Below, one piece after another: positions 48,929 to 57,031 of a stretch of DNA of 64,000 nucleotides; positions within the stretch are counted from its first letter, which is position 1; the number at the start of each line of letters is the position of its first letter. The position numbers were made by a program, and so were the translations under genes. A model generated the notes under the pieces. That model made no database searches. It saw nothing but the letters and a program-made list of their open reading frames with translations, and was not told the origin of the DNA. Location: NCBI GenBank assembly GCA_015056315.1, contig SVGN01000010.1:1051-65050 (forward strand), in the 5' to 3' direction. The stretch is from Clostridiales bacterium (GTDB lineage Bacteria > Bacillota > Clostridia > Christensenellales > Aristaeellaceae).

Positions 48929-49591
48929 ATGGCAAAGGTCTCTCCCCTGCAATTTGAATTTGTTCACGAAAGTGAATACGACCTGTCGGAATGGGAGCGC
49001 ATCGTCGGGAAGCTGGCGGATGATCTGGATATGCTCTTGGCCGGGCAGGCAACGGAAACCGATGTGCAGACCTACATCGGCGCGATGCTTGATGCACTGC
49101 GCCCGGTAGAGAACACACGGCATCAGGACATGCTTTTTTTGATGTTTGACCATCCCGCATCTTTGGACGCCCACGACCGTGTGGATTATGTTTACCGCCC
49201 AACCTACCTTGCCGCTGCCTTCATGATGACCGCAGTCTGCAGATACCGTTCTTTACAGCGAAACGGAAGCCTTCTGCGAGCACTTCGGCCTGTTCTGAAC
49301 GCTGCCATGGGGCGGGATTTCTACGGAGCAGGCAGCGAACACTATACCGGCTTTCTGGACACATTGCAGATTTTCGCCACAGGCGATGCCCTGCGATTTA
49401 TCAATGAATACCCATGGATCAACGAAGACTTCGCCAAGAAGCTGCGCTCTGCCATCGCCTTTGTACAGACAGACATCTGCACCGGCAAGATAACGGATGG
49501 ATGGAGCGGCAAGGATTACAGCGAGCGCGGGAAAAAGCTGCTGAAGCGGTTCGGCATGATTGGAGACGGTTCTCCGGCTGTGCCGCAGTAA
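48929..49591 (+). CDS. Hypothetical protein (220 aa)
   Basis: The ORF has coding-like codon usage and is followed by a strong terminator. No family recognised. Confidence 0.5.
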   Translation: MAKVSPLQFEFVHESEYDLSEWERIVGKLADDLDMLLAGQATETDVQTYIGAMLDALRPVENTRHQDMLFLMFDHPASLDAHDRVDYVYRPTYLAAAFMMTAVCRYRSLQRNGSLLRALRPVLNAAMGRDFYGAGSEHYTGFLDTLQIFATGDALRFINEYPWINEDFAKKLRSAIAFVQTDICTGKITDGWSGKDYSERGKKLLKRFGMIGDGSPAVPQ

Positions 49592-49594
49592 CAG

Positions 49595-49642
49595 AAAACA
49601 CCTCCCGCTGCCGCCTTCGGGCGTAACGGGAGGTGTTTTTTC
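49595..49642 (+). terminator. Intrinsic terminator
   Basis: aaaacacctcccg...cgggaggtgTTTTTT. Confidence 0.8.
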
Positions 49643-49680
49643 AACTTTTCGGGCGGCAGAGCAGCTCTGCCGCAAATGCC

Positions 49681-50115
49681 TTACAGTTCGGCTACCGCAT
49701 CCTGACCGATGCAGGTGATGCCCTGAGCGGCCAAAGCAGCCGCAGCGGCGGCGTTATCCTTGGCGTGGAAGATCATATAGGCCTTCTTGGCATCCTTACC
49801 GCCAAGGAAGGCATACATGTATTCCATGTTGATGTCGCTGCCGGAGAGGGCATGCAGCACATGGTTGAGCCCGCCCGGCTCATCGGGGATGGCAACACCC
49901 AGCACCTGGGTGATGGTGTGGATGAAGCCCTCCGCCGTAAGCACAGCGGTAGCCGCAGCGGTATCATCCACAATGATGCGCACGATGCCGAACTCGACAG
50001 TCTCGGCCAGAGAAAGGGCGCGCATGTTGATCTTGTTTTGGGCCAATACATCGGTCAGCTGCTGCAGCTTGCCGGGCTTGTTTTCCACGAATACGGAGAT
50101 CTGGTTCAAAGTCAT
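49681..50115 (-). CDS. ACT domain-containing protein (tandem ACT, amino-acid-binding)
   Basis: MTLNQISVFVENKPGKLQQLTDVLAQNKINMRALSLAET... and a second ACT repeat (LGVAIPDEPGGLNHVLHAL). 18 nt downstream of paaK. Confidence 0.8.
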   Translation of the reverse strand: MTLNQISVFVENKPGKLQQLTDVLAQNKINMRALSLAETVEFGIVRIIVDDTAAATAVLTAEGFIHTITQVLGVAIPDEPGGLNHVLHALSGSDINMEYMYAFLGGKDAKKAYMIFHAKDNAAAAAALAAQGITCIGQDAVAEL

Positions 50116-50133
50116 TGCGGTATCCTCCTTCTA

Positions 50134-51435
50134 TTAGATCTTACGCTTGTCGATCACGCGGACGGCCTTGCCCTCGCTGCGGGCAATGGTCTTGGGAGCC
50201 ACCAGCACCACCCGGGCGGAGATGCCCAGCATGGAGCGCAGACCGGCCTCCAGCGAAGCCTGGCGCTTCTGGATCTCGCCCATGTTATCGGTGAACATTT
50301 CGGGCGTCATTTCCACCTGTACATCGAAGGTATCGGTATTGCGTACACGGTCGACGATGATCTGGTAGTTGGCGGGGTAGCCTGCATTCAGCAGCACGGC
50401 CTCGATCTGGGAGGGGAATACATTCACACCGCGGATGATGAGCATATCATCGCTGCGGCCCATGGGCTTGGCCATCTTGATGAAGGTACGGCCGCAGGAG
50501 CACTTTTTGCGGCTCAGCACGCAGATATCGCGGGTGCGGTACCGCAGCAGGGGGAAGGCTTCCTTGGTGAGGGAGGTGAAGACCAGCTCGCCCTTGGTGC
50601 CCTCGGGCAGCACCTCGCCGGTGTTGGGGTCGATGATCTCGGCAATGAAGTGGTCCTCGTTGATGTGCATACCGGACTGCTCGGAGCACTCGAAGGATAC
50701 GCCGGGGCCGGAAAGCTCGGTGAGGCCGTAAATATCGTAGGCCTTGATGCCCAGCGTGTTCTGGATATCCTGCCGCATTTCCTCGCTCCAGGCCTCAGCG
50801 CCGAAGATACCGGCCTTCAGCGGGATCTGGTCGGGGGTCATGCCCATTTCCTTCATGGTCTCGCCCAGGTAGGCGGCGTAGGAGGGGGTACAGCACAGAA
50901 TGGTGGATTCCAGATCCTTGATGAACATGATCTGGCGCTCGGTGTTGCCGGAGGAGGTGGGCACGGTGAGGCAGCCCACCTTATGGCTGCCGCCGTTGAG
51001 GCCGGGGCCGCCGGTGAACAGGCCGTAGCCGTAGGAGACCTGGCACACATCCTCTTTGGTGCCACCGGCAGCCATGATGGCGCGGGCGCAGCAATCCTCC
51101 CACAGGTCGATATCGTGCTGGGTGTAGAAGGCCACCACACGCTTGCCCGTGGTGCCGGAGGTGGACTGGATGCGGACGCACTCTTCCTTGGGCTTGCCCA
51201 TCAGGCCGTAGGGATAGGCCAGACGAAGGTCATCCTTGGTGAGGAAGGGCAGCTTGTGCAGGTCTTCGGTGCCCTTGATATCCTCGGGGGTAACGCCCTT
51301 TTCTTCCATCTTCTTGCGGTAGTAGGGTACGTTGTCCCACACATGCTTTACCTGCTTTACCAAGCGCTCATCCTGCATGGCTTTGAGCTGCTCAACGGGT
51401 GCGCATTCGATCTCCGGCTGGTAATAACGTTCCAT
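50134..51435 (-). CDS. paaK: Phenylacetate--CoA ligase family protein
   Basis: 433 aa. AMP-binding motif SSGTTGKRVV, YGLTE, and a C-terminal AMP-binding_C_2-like region. N-terminal QDERLVKQVKHVWDNVPYYRKKMEEKG is typical of PaaK. Confidence 0.85.
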   Translation of the reverse strand: MERYYQPEIECAPVEQLKAMQDERLVKQVKHVWDNVPYYRKKMEEKGVTPEDIKGTEDLHKLPFLTKDDLRLAYPYGLMGKPKEECVRIQSTSGTTGKRVVAFYTQHDIDLWEDCCARAIMAAGGTKEDVCQVSYGYGLFTGGPGLNGGSHKVGCLTVPTSSGNTERQIMFIKDLESTILCCTPSYAAYLGETMKEMGMTPDQIPLKAGIFGAEAWSEEMRQDIQNTLGIKAYDIYGLTELSGPGVSFECSEQSGMHINEDHFIAEIIDPNTGEVLPEGTKGELVFTSLTKEAFPLLRYRTRDICVLSRKKCSCGRTFIKMAKPMGRSDDMLIIRGVNVFPSQIEAVLLNAGYPANYQIIVDRVRNTDTFDVQVEMTPEMFTDNMGEIQKRQASLEAGLRSMLGISARVVLVAPKTIARSEGKAVRVIDKRKI

Positions 51436-51439
51436 AAGT

Positions 51440-51815
51440 ATTTCTCCTCCCTGATGATGATCGTTTTTGGTTTGGGGTAAAGGAAAAGTCCCTGTATGTT
51501 GTATACAGGGACGAATCGACTCGTGGTACCACTCTGCTTTACACAGACCTTACGGGCTGTGCCTTATCAGGCTTCGCACCTGCCGGAGAACTGGCCCCGG
51601 AGGCTGAAAAGTCTTGGCGATGTAACGGTCGCACCCGTTGTGCCTACTCTTTTTTCAACACACCGCTCGCAGAATGAACTTCGCTGGTTTCCCGCTGATG
51701 CCTTGCACCCACCGGCATCTCTCTGGAGCGTTCCGCCCAGGTACTCTTTCTGCTCAAACGCATTTGCAAGGGTTCGGTTGACCTCAGAGAAGCGCGCAAG
51801 CCGTTTCTCTAAGAT
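51440..51815 (-). promoter_or_regulatory. T-box leader upstream of paaK; candidate specifier TTC (Phe)
   Basis: Minus strand carries the T-box sequence CAGAGTGGTACCACGAG followed by terminator gtccctgtatacaacatacagggacTTTTCC. Stem I elements CCAGAGAG and GGTGGGTGCAAGG are present. The specifier-loop-like segment GCGAAG-TTC-A was read by eye. Confidence 0.75.
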
Positions 51816-51821
51816 GCGCTT

Positions 51822-51850
51822 ATTATAACCCGTGTTTTTCAGGATTGCAA
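51822..51850 (-). promoter_or_regulatory. Promoter of the paaK T-box leader
   Basis: Minus strand TTGCAA-17 nt-TATAAT. Confidence 0.6.
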
Positions 51851-51910
51851 ATACACAGTCTGCATATTATAATAAGTAAAACTTATTATTCGAGCAGGAG
51901 GCATTGCTCC

Positions 51911-52807
51911 ATGAACCTGAACCAGCTGCGCTATTTTGTATCGGTGGCCGAAAACGGCAGCTTTACCAAGGCTGCTGCCAGCCACTTTATATCCCAAACA
52001 GCCATTACCCAGCAGATCCATGCGCTGGAGGAGAACGTGGGCACCAGGCTGCTGGACCGGAACAGCCGCCCCGTATCGCTGACCCCCGCAGGCCGTGTGC
52101 TGCTGAAGGAGGCCAGGGAGATCCTGAGCCGGATGGAGGCTGCGCTGACCCGCACCCGGGAGGCCTCCACAGGGCTGGAGGGCGAATTGCGGCTGGGCTA
52201 CACCAAGGGCTACGAGCACAGCGACCTGCCCCGGCACCTGCGCGATTTTCACCGGGAGTACCCCAATGTGCTGGTCTCCTGCTACCGCTGCGATACCGAT
52301 ACGTTGGCTGCCGGGGTGATCAACGGCGAATATGACGTGATCTTTACCTGGGACAGCACCAACCTGCTCAAGGAGGAAGCCCTCTGCCTGCGGGTGATGG
52401 AGCAGGTGCCCCTCCGTGTGGCGCTGTATGCGAACCATCCGTTGGCCGGCCGCAGCGTGCTGACCCGAAAGGATCTGAAGCAGGAGAACATCCTCTTCAT
52501 GTCCCCCTCCGGCACGGGTGATTCCTTCGGCGATGCGTTCTATATCCGGTTGTACCAGCAGGCGGGCTACCAGCCGAATATCCTGATCCGCTCAAATGAT
52601 ATGGAGAGCATTCTGATGATGGTGGCGGCAGAGGAGGGGATCTCCATCGTGCCGGAGTATTCGCACCCGTGGGATATCGGCACGGAGAATGTGGTGTTTG
52701 TGCCGCTGGCGGGTGAGGGTGAGATGGAAGAGATCCTGATCGCCTGGCGGAAAGAGGATGATAACCCGGCGCTGCTGCATTTTCTGGAGAAGCTGGGCGG
52801 GGAGTGA
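51911..52807 (+). CDS. LysR family transcriptional regulator
   Basis: MNLNQLRYFVSVAENGSFTKAAASHFISQTAITQQIHALEENVG. ATG follows GGAGG. Divergent from paaK. Confidence 0.9.
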   Translation: MNLNQLRYFVSVAENGSFTKAAASHFISQTAITQQIHALEENVGTRLLDRNSRPVSLTPAGRVLLKEAREILSRMEAALTRTREASTGLEGELRLGYTKGYEHSDLPRHLRDFHREYPNVLVSCYRCDTDTLAAGVINGEYDVIFTWDSTNLLKEEALCLRVMEQVPLRVALYANHPLAGRSVLTRKDLKQENILFMSPSGTGDSFGDAFYIRLYQQAGYQPNILIRSNDMESILMMVAAEEGISIVPEYSHPWDIGTENVVFVPLAGEGEMEEILIAWRKEDDNPALLHFLEKLGGE

Positions 52808-52827
52808 AGGATCAAGGGGAAAGAAAT

Positions 52828-53056
52828 GTGCAGGGGTGCAGGGGGCTCTCTTCCGCAACCTCAATCGTCGTACAGCCCACTACCGTGGTCTGTACTCGTT
52901 TCGGTTGACGACTGCGGGTCGCTAACGCCTTCGGCGTTGTGCCCACCGGGCACGCGCTTCCCTTCGTCTCCTGCCGGGTGTGGGCAGAGCCCACAAACCC
53001 CGCGCCGCAGTGACCGGCTGCAAGCACAGTGAGCGCCAAAGGCGCAAGATGCGCGG
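52828..53056. repeat. GC-rich intergenic repeat copy with an internal expansion of about 120 nt
   Basis: Begins ggggtgcagggggctctcttcc and resumes ttcgtctcctgccgggtgtgggcagagcccacaaaccccgcgccgcag... The two ends match the contiguous copies at 38 kb and 9.2 kb. Confidence 0.75.
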
Positions 53057-53088
53057 AGGAGTCGGCAAGTGCAGTTTCTTCAACAACC

Positions 53089-53129
53089 AAAGCCGTTCCT
53101 TGGCAAAGTGCAAAGGAACGGCTTTTTTA
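53089..53129 (+). terminator. Intrinsic terminator
   Basis: aaagccgttcctt...aaggaacggcTTTTTT. Confidence 0.7.
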
Positions 53130-53222
53130 TGTGCTGTTATTGCGGTGCTTCTGTTACCCCGTGCATCCCCGGCGCATCCGGCCTGCCGTGAGCGGGCTTA
53201 CGCAAACGCTCCCGGCATCGCT

Positions 53223-54200
53223 CTACGCTCTTGCCTCCCTCACCCGGCGGGCGATCTCATCCAGCGCTGCCTGATAAAACGCATCAAACGCCACGGCCTC
53301 GGTACAGCCTGCGCTGCACAGCCGGATGCCGTTGGCCTGCATCAGCAGGTGCTTGGGGCGGGTGAAACCATCCACCGGCTCCCGCTCGTAATAGTAGATG
53401 CGGCCCGTGGCATAGCGCTCCCGCTGCTTGCGGCGGATGAGCCACCGCAGATCCAGCTCGTTGGTCTCAAGGCCCAGGCCCAGCACGTACACATCGCCGT
53501 GCAGAAACAGCTCCGGCCAGGAGGTGTAGCGCTTCGTGGGGGCCTCCCTTTCGGTCTTATTGTATTTCTGGCTTGCGCAGATATCTGCGATCCTTTGCAG
53601 GAGCCTGCCGTAGCGGTCGTGCCCCAGCACGATGCCCTTGGGCGTGAAGCATTCGCCGTGGATATGCCAGATGCCGGTCTGCCGGTTGACGGACTTGGCC
53701 AGATAGCCGGTATGCAGCCGGTAGTCCCGCTCCCGGAACGGCTCGTTGGTGCCAGGCTTTTTGGCCAGATAGAAGCGCTTCTGCCCCCGCACCCGGCTGC
53801 TGCCGAAATCCGCTTTGGGGTAGAAGGCTTTTTCGATGCAGTAGGAGTAGTTGGTGGTCAAAATGTGATCCACATCCAGCCCGGGCAGCCGGTCCAGATG
53901 CTCGTTGGATGAGTGGATCATCATCTGCATCGCCTTTGCCAGACGGTCTTCCTCCTGCTTGATATCCTCCGTGCTCAGCTGTGCGGGCATGGGGAGCCGC
54001 GCGGCCAGGAGCTGGTACAGCAGTGGGAAGGGGATGCTGTTTTTCACATCCTCCGGGATAGTGAGGGCGGGGTCGGCCTTCAGGGAATCCAGCAGCTTGT
54101 TCCAGCTTTTCTGGCCGCTTTTGTGCTCCAGGCCGTTGCCCAGCAGCAGGATCTGGGGGCGCGGGGCGGGGTTGGGGTATTCGAAAAGAGGCGTTTGCAT
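53223..54200 (-). CDS. Stand-alone SIR2-like (SIR2_2 / DHS-like NAD-binding fold) protein
   Basis: 325 aa from ATG 54200 (RBS AGGAGA). Motifs ILLLGNGLE, HILTTNYSYCIEKAF and IWHIHGE match the glycine loop, TTNYD-like motif and catalytic-His region of SIR2_2-type proteins. The longer listed ORF (to 54521) runs into AT-rich non-coding sequence. Confidence 0.65.
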   Translation of the reverse strand: MQTPLFEYPNPAPRPQILLLGNGLEHKSGQKSWNKLLDSLKADPALTIPEDVKNSIPFPLLYQLLAARLPMPAQLSTEDIKQEEDRLAKAMQMMIHSSNEHLDRLPGLDVDHILTTNYSYCIEKAFYPKADFGSSRVRGQKRFYLAKKPGTNEPFRERDYRLHTGYLAKSVNRQTGIWHIHGECFTPKGIVLGHDRYGRLLQRIADICASQKYNKTEREAPTKRYTSWPELFLHGDVYVLGLGLETNELDLRWLIRRKQRERYATGRIYYYEREPVDGFTRPKHLLMQANGIRLCSAGCTEAVAFDAFYQAALDEIARRVREARA

Positions 54201-54554
54201 GGTGGGTCTCCTGTGTGGGGTGAGTGGGTGTGGGGAGAGGTATGCGGCGGGTAACTTGGTAGGTCTATTATAGCATTGGGGGCGGGGATGGGGCAAGGCG
54301 AGGGGGTATCCTGAACGGTCGGTATACGATAATGAATGATACATATTACTATTGTTCATTATCTTGTTGTATCGTTCATTTTCACAGATACCATTGTTCC
54401 ATTTGACATCGTTTTGTTCAGATGCAGGGACGCTGTATATCCGATGCGTGTTGTTGATCTGCAACGATCGGACACAATGCGTGTTTATCAACGGACGCAT
54501 GCGGAGCGAGCAAGCGATCACCGAGACTTATTTACGAGTGCCAAAGATCGCAGT

Positions 54555-54614
54555 GCAAGGTAACACGCAAGATAACACGTAAGATAACATTCAAGATAGC
54601 AGGCAAGACAACGA
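54555..54614. repeat. Five tandem 12-bp repeats (consensus gCAAGATAACAc), iteron-like
   Basis: gcaaggtaacac / gcaagataacac / gtaagataacat / tcaagatagcag / gcaagacaacga, read directly. Confidence 0.8.
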
Positions 54615-54642
54615 ACCAACACTACTCGCAGATCACCTATTT

Positions 54643-54675
54643 ACTAAATCACGATTATTATAATCGTGATTTAGT
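54643..54675. repeat. Perfect 15-bp inverted repeat with a 3-nt spacer
   Basis: actaaatcacgatta-tta-taatcgtgatttagt. Confidence 0.85.
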
Positions 54676-54870
54676 TTGAATAGGCTAACTGCTCTTATCA
54701 TCATCGTAAAGGCACCCCTCCCCCATCAACGCCCGTGACGATACGAAAACAGCCGCAGATCTAACGAGCCGCGGCTGTTCTTGGCAACCTTGACGGTTAT
54801 TGATACAATCACACGGGACGCAGTTGCTTGACTGTGGCATAGCGCTACCGTATAATCATCATGTTGTGAG

Positions 54871-55386
54871 GTGATTCATTTGAAAATCAATCCTGCTAAG
54901 ATGAAAAAAATGAAGTTCTATGTGATTGTCTTGCTTTGCATAGTACTCAGTATACTTGCTGTAAAAGCACTACAAAACCATACCGCTTGCGCGCGTATGC
55001 TTCATGCTGTTGGGCTTGACGATGGAGCAGGGCTACAACAAGTTGATTACGCCTACTGGCGGGACCCATTAAAGTATGTTGACGGCTATGAGATTATGGC
55101 ATTTGCAGTTGATGAAGCAGTATGGAATCCGCCGGACAGCTGGACCAAAGCAACCAAACTTACCAGCATTGACAGCATTGCAACAGAGTTGGGCATCGAC
55201 CTGAATATGAAAGCTATTCTCAACCTCAGTTTAGGTGGAGAAAACTGCGGAGTGTGGTTCTTTGCAGATCACAGAGTTGACCGCCCGTTTGATCAGCAAG
55301 ATTTCTACTTTGCTTATTGCGATGAAACATATAGGAATAATGTGGTATTATTCGTTTATCGCGGACATAGTCTATATGGTATTTGA
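54871..55386 (+). CDS. Low-GC orphan protein with an N-terminal signal-anchor (hypothetical)
   Basis: Preceded by a canonical promoter TTGACT-17-TATAAT (54828-54856). Start ambiguous (GTG 54871, TTG 54880 after GAGGTGA, or ATG 54901 = MKKMKFYVIVLLCIVLSILAV). Composition differs strongly from the flanks. Confidence 0.55.
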   Translation: MIHLKINPAKMKKMKFYVIVLLCIVLSILAVKALQNHTACARMLHAVGLDDGAGLQQVDYAYWRDPLKYVDGYEIMAFAVDEAVWNPPDSWTKATKLTSIDSIATELGIDLNMKAILNLSLGGENCGVWFFADHRVDRPFDQQDFYFAYCDETYRNNVVLFVYRGHSLYGI

Positions 55387-55682
55387 CATAATTCGCTCAT
55401 CAGGTGAAAATACAAATACCCCGTGTGATTGTTTGTGATAGTAAGCGTTTGTGTTTGCCTGTGAGTGCCTGTGTGTTATTGTTATTTCCCGTATAGGGGC
55501 AGGGGGTAAACCAAAACACGAGAAAATTCGTCCTTACGGCAGAAAAACGCGCCTGCCCGGCGTGTATTTTACCCCCTTACAGAAACAACAAAAGCCCGGA
55601 GGCCTTGACTTCTCAAGGTTTCCGAGCTTCTTTGAGAAAAAAGTCAAACCACGCAGATTGTATCAAATCCTACGTGGTTATC

Positions 55683-55759
55683 TGGCACGCCCGGCGGGAT
55701 TCGAACCCACGGCCTACCGCTTAGGAGGCGGTCGCTCTATCCTGCTGAGCTACGGGCGC
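55683..55759 (-). tRNA. tRNA-Arg (anticodon CCT), CCA encoded
   Basis: Minus strand GCGCCCGTAGCTCAGCAGGATAGAGCGACCGCCTCCTAAGCGGTAGGCCGTGGGTTCGAATCCCGCCGGGCGTGCCA folds as a cloverleaf with anticodon loop CT-CCT-AA. Own promoter TTGCAA-17-TATAAT about 40-70 nt upstream of the tRNA 5' end, at higher plus-strand coordinates. Confidence 0.9.
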
Positions 55760-55939
55760 ATACCGCTGCGCCATCCCGGCGCAGCAGGAGTATTATAGCA
55801 AGCTTTCCGCATCTTTGCAATGCCGAAAGAGCAACTTTTCCGGCGTATCCTCCGCCATACCTGTGCTCCGCAGCACGCCCCCGCGCCATCCGCAGGCCGG
55901 TCACACCGTGCAGCAGCACGCCCCCGCCCTCCCGGCGGC

Positions 55940-57031
55940 TCACCAGCCCCGGTTGGCCAGAACGTAGTTGGAGTAATCGTCATCCCCCGTAACTTCCTTG
56001 ATCACCTTGATGAACCCGGGGATCTGCAGCTCATCCTCCGCAGAGATATCCACCTCCGCCAGCGCCCTGTCCTGCCAGAAGGGGTACAGGTCGATCACGA
56101 AGGACTGGATGCCCCAGGTAAGGCAGTAGCGGGTCTTGCGGATGGGATGGCGGGTGGGGTCGGCCTCCATGAGCAGCTCCAGGTATTCATCCTGGGTCAG
56201 GCGGCGCTCGATCTCCACACGCTCGGTATCGCTCACCTTGCGCTTGATGGTCTGGTAGTAAATGTAGCTGCCGCCCATGCCCCGCTGGCGCACACGGATC
56301 TCATCCCCGCCGGTAGACTTCAGGTACGTCTGGCTGATCTCGATGCGGCGGCAGTTGGGCAGCTTCTCCAGCGCCTCCACATCCGGGTACTCGATCAGGA
56401 AGCGGCGCTCCTCCCTGCAGGGCATGGGTGCGCCCAGAAAGATGGAGATCTCGCTGATCAGGCGGCGCATCTTCTGGCTGAAGTCGGTGGTGTTGTCGAT
56501 GATGCGCAGATGGGGGTGCCCGGTCCAGGAGGCCAGCAGCTTGTCGTCGATGGCAACAGCTTCCTCCACGGTCTCGTAGCGGGCCTGATTGTTGGCGGTG
56601 GTGTAGAACTGCTCCGCACCCTTGGCGGCGGTCACCAGATGAAAGACCGCATCGTAACCATCCCTGAGGCGTACCTCGTCCAGGCCCAGAAAGCCCAGCA
56701 CATGGGCAAATTCCTCGTCGTTCATGTAGGCCTTGTTATCCATTGCGCCGCGGTCGCACACGATGAGGATGTTCTCCCCGGGCATGGTGGAGGCCGCCCG
56801 GTGGAACAGCCGCTCCTTGGTAAGCTGCAGCTCCATCTGACACTTCTGGTAATCCTCATTGGTGCCGCAGGTCCAGGGGCATACGCCGCCGGAGATGAAC
56901 TCGGTGGCGGTCTCCGGCACAAAAAGCACGGTGTAGCCCTTCTGGGTAAAGGCATTCTGGATCCAGCTCATGGCGGTGGATTTACCCGCACAGGGGCCGC
57001 CGGTAACCACGATCTTGGTGATCTTCTTCAT
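55940..57031 (-). CDS. Fusion protein: P-loop AAA_28/NadR-like kinase/ATPase domain + CYTH (triphosphate tunnel metalloenzyme) domain
   Basis: MKKITKIVVTGGPCAGKST (Walker A), FVPETATEFI, then a CYTH-like EERRFLIEY...RVRQRG...ERVEIERRL...IRKTRYCL...DLY...LAEVD. ATG 57031 follows AAGGAG. Confidence 0.7.
   Translation of the reverse strand: MKKITKIVVTGGPCAGKSTAMSWIQNAFTQKGYTVLFVPETATEFISGGVCPWTCGTNEDYQKCQMELQLTKERLFHRAASTMPGENILIVCDRGAMDNKAYMNDEEFAHVLGFLGLDEVRLRDGYDAVFHLVTAAKGAEQFYTTANNQARYETVEEAVAIDDKLLASWTGHPHLRIIDNTTDFSQKMRRLISEISIFLGAPMPCREERRFLIEYPDVEALEKLPNCRRIEISQTYLKSTGGDEIRVRQRGMGGSYIYYQTIKRKVSDTERVEIERRLTQDEYLELLMEADPTRHPIRKTRYCLTWGIQSFVIDLYPFWQDRALAEVDISAEDELQIPGFIKVIKEVTGDDDYSNYVLANRGW

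Noticed and set aside
54201-54521. N-terminal extension of the SIR2-like ORF (listed as 432 aa)
   Set aside because: The extension runs through AT-rich sequence of different composition and contains no recognisable domain. The internal ATG at 54200 has a good RBS (AGGAGA) and a TTGCCC-18-TATAAT promoter upstream, so the shorter 325-aa product was called.
54555-54614. Possible CRISPR array (tandem repeats)
   Set aside because: The units are only 12 bp and contiguous with no spacers, and no cas genes are present. This is a simple tandem, iteron-like repeat.
53223-55759. Direct repeat of the tRNA-Arg 3' end (att site) or an integrase that would define a classical genomic island
   Set aside because: I could not find a second copy of the tRNA 3' segment or any integrase or recombinase ORF by eye. 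The island status therefore rests only on composition and the tRNA neighbourhood, and is reported as a hypothesis rather than as a mobile_element feature.
55451-55798. 115-aa ORF overlapping the tRNA-Arg gene
   Set aside because: It reads through the antisense of a well-folded tRNA gene and its promoter, with no RBS.
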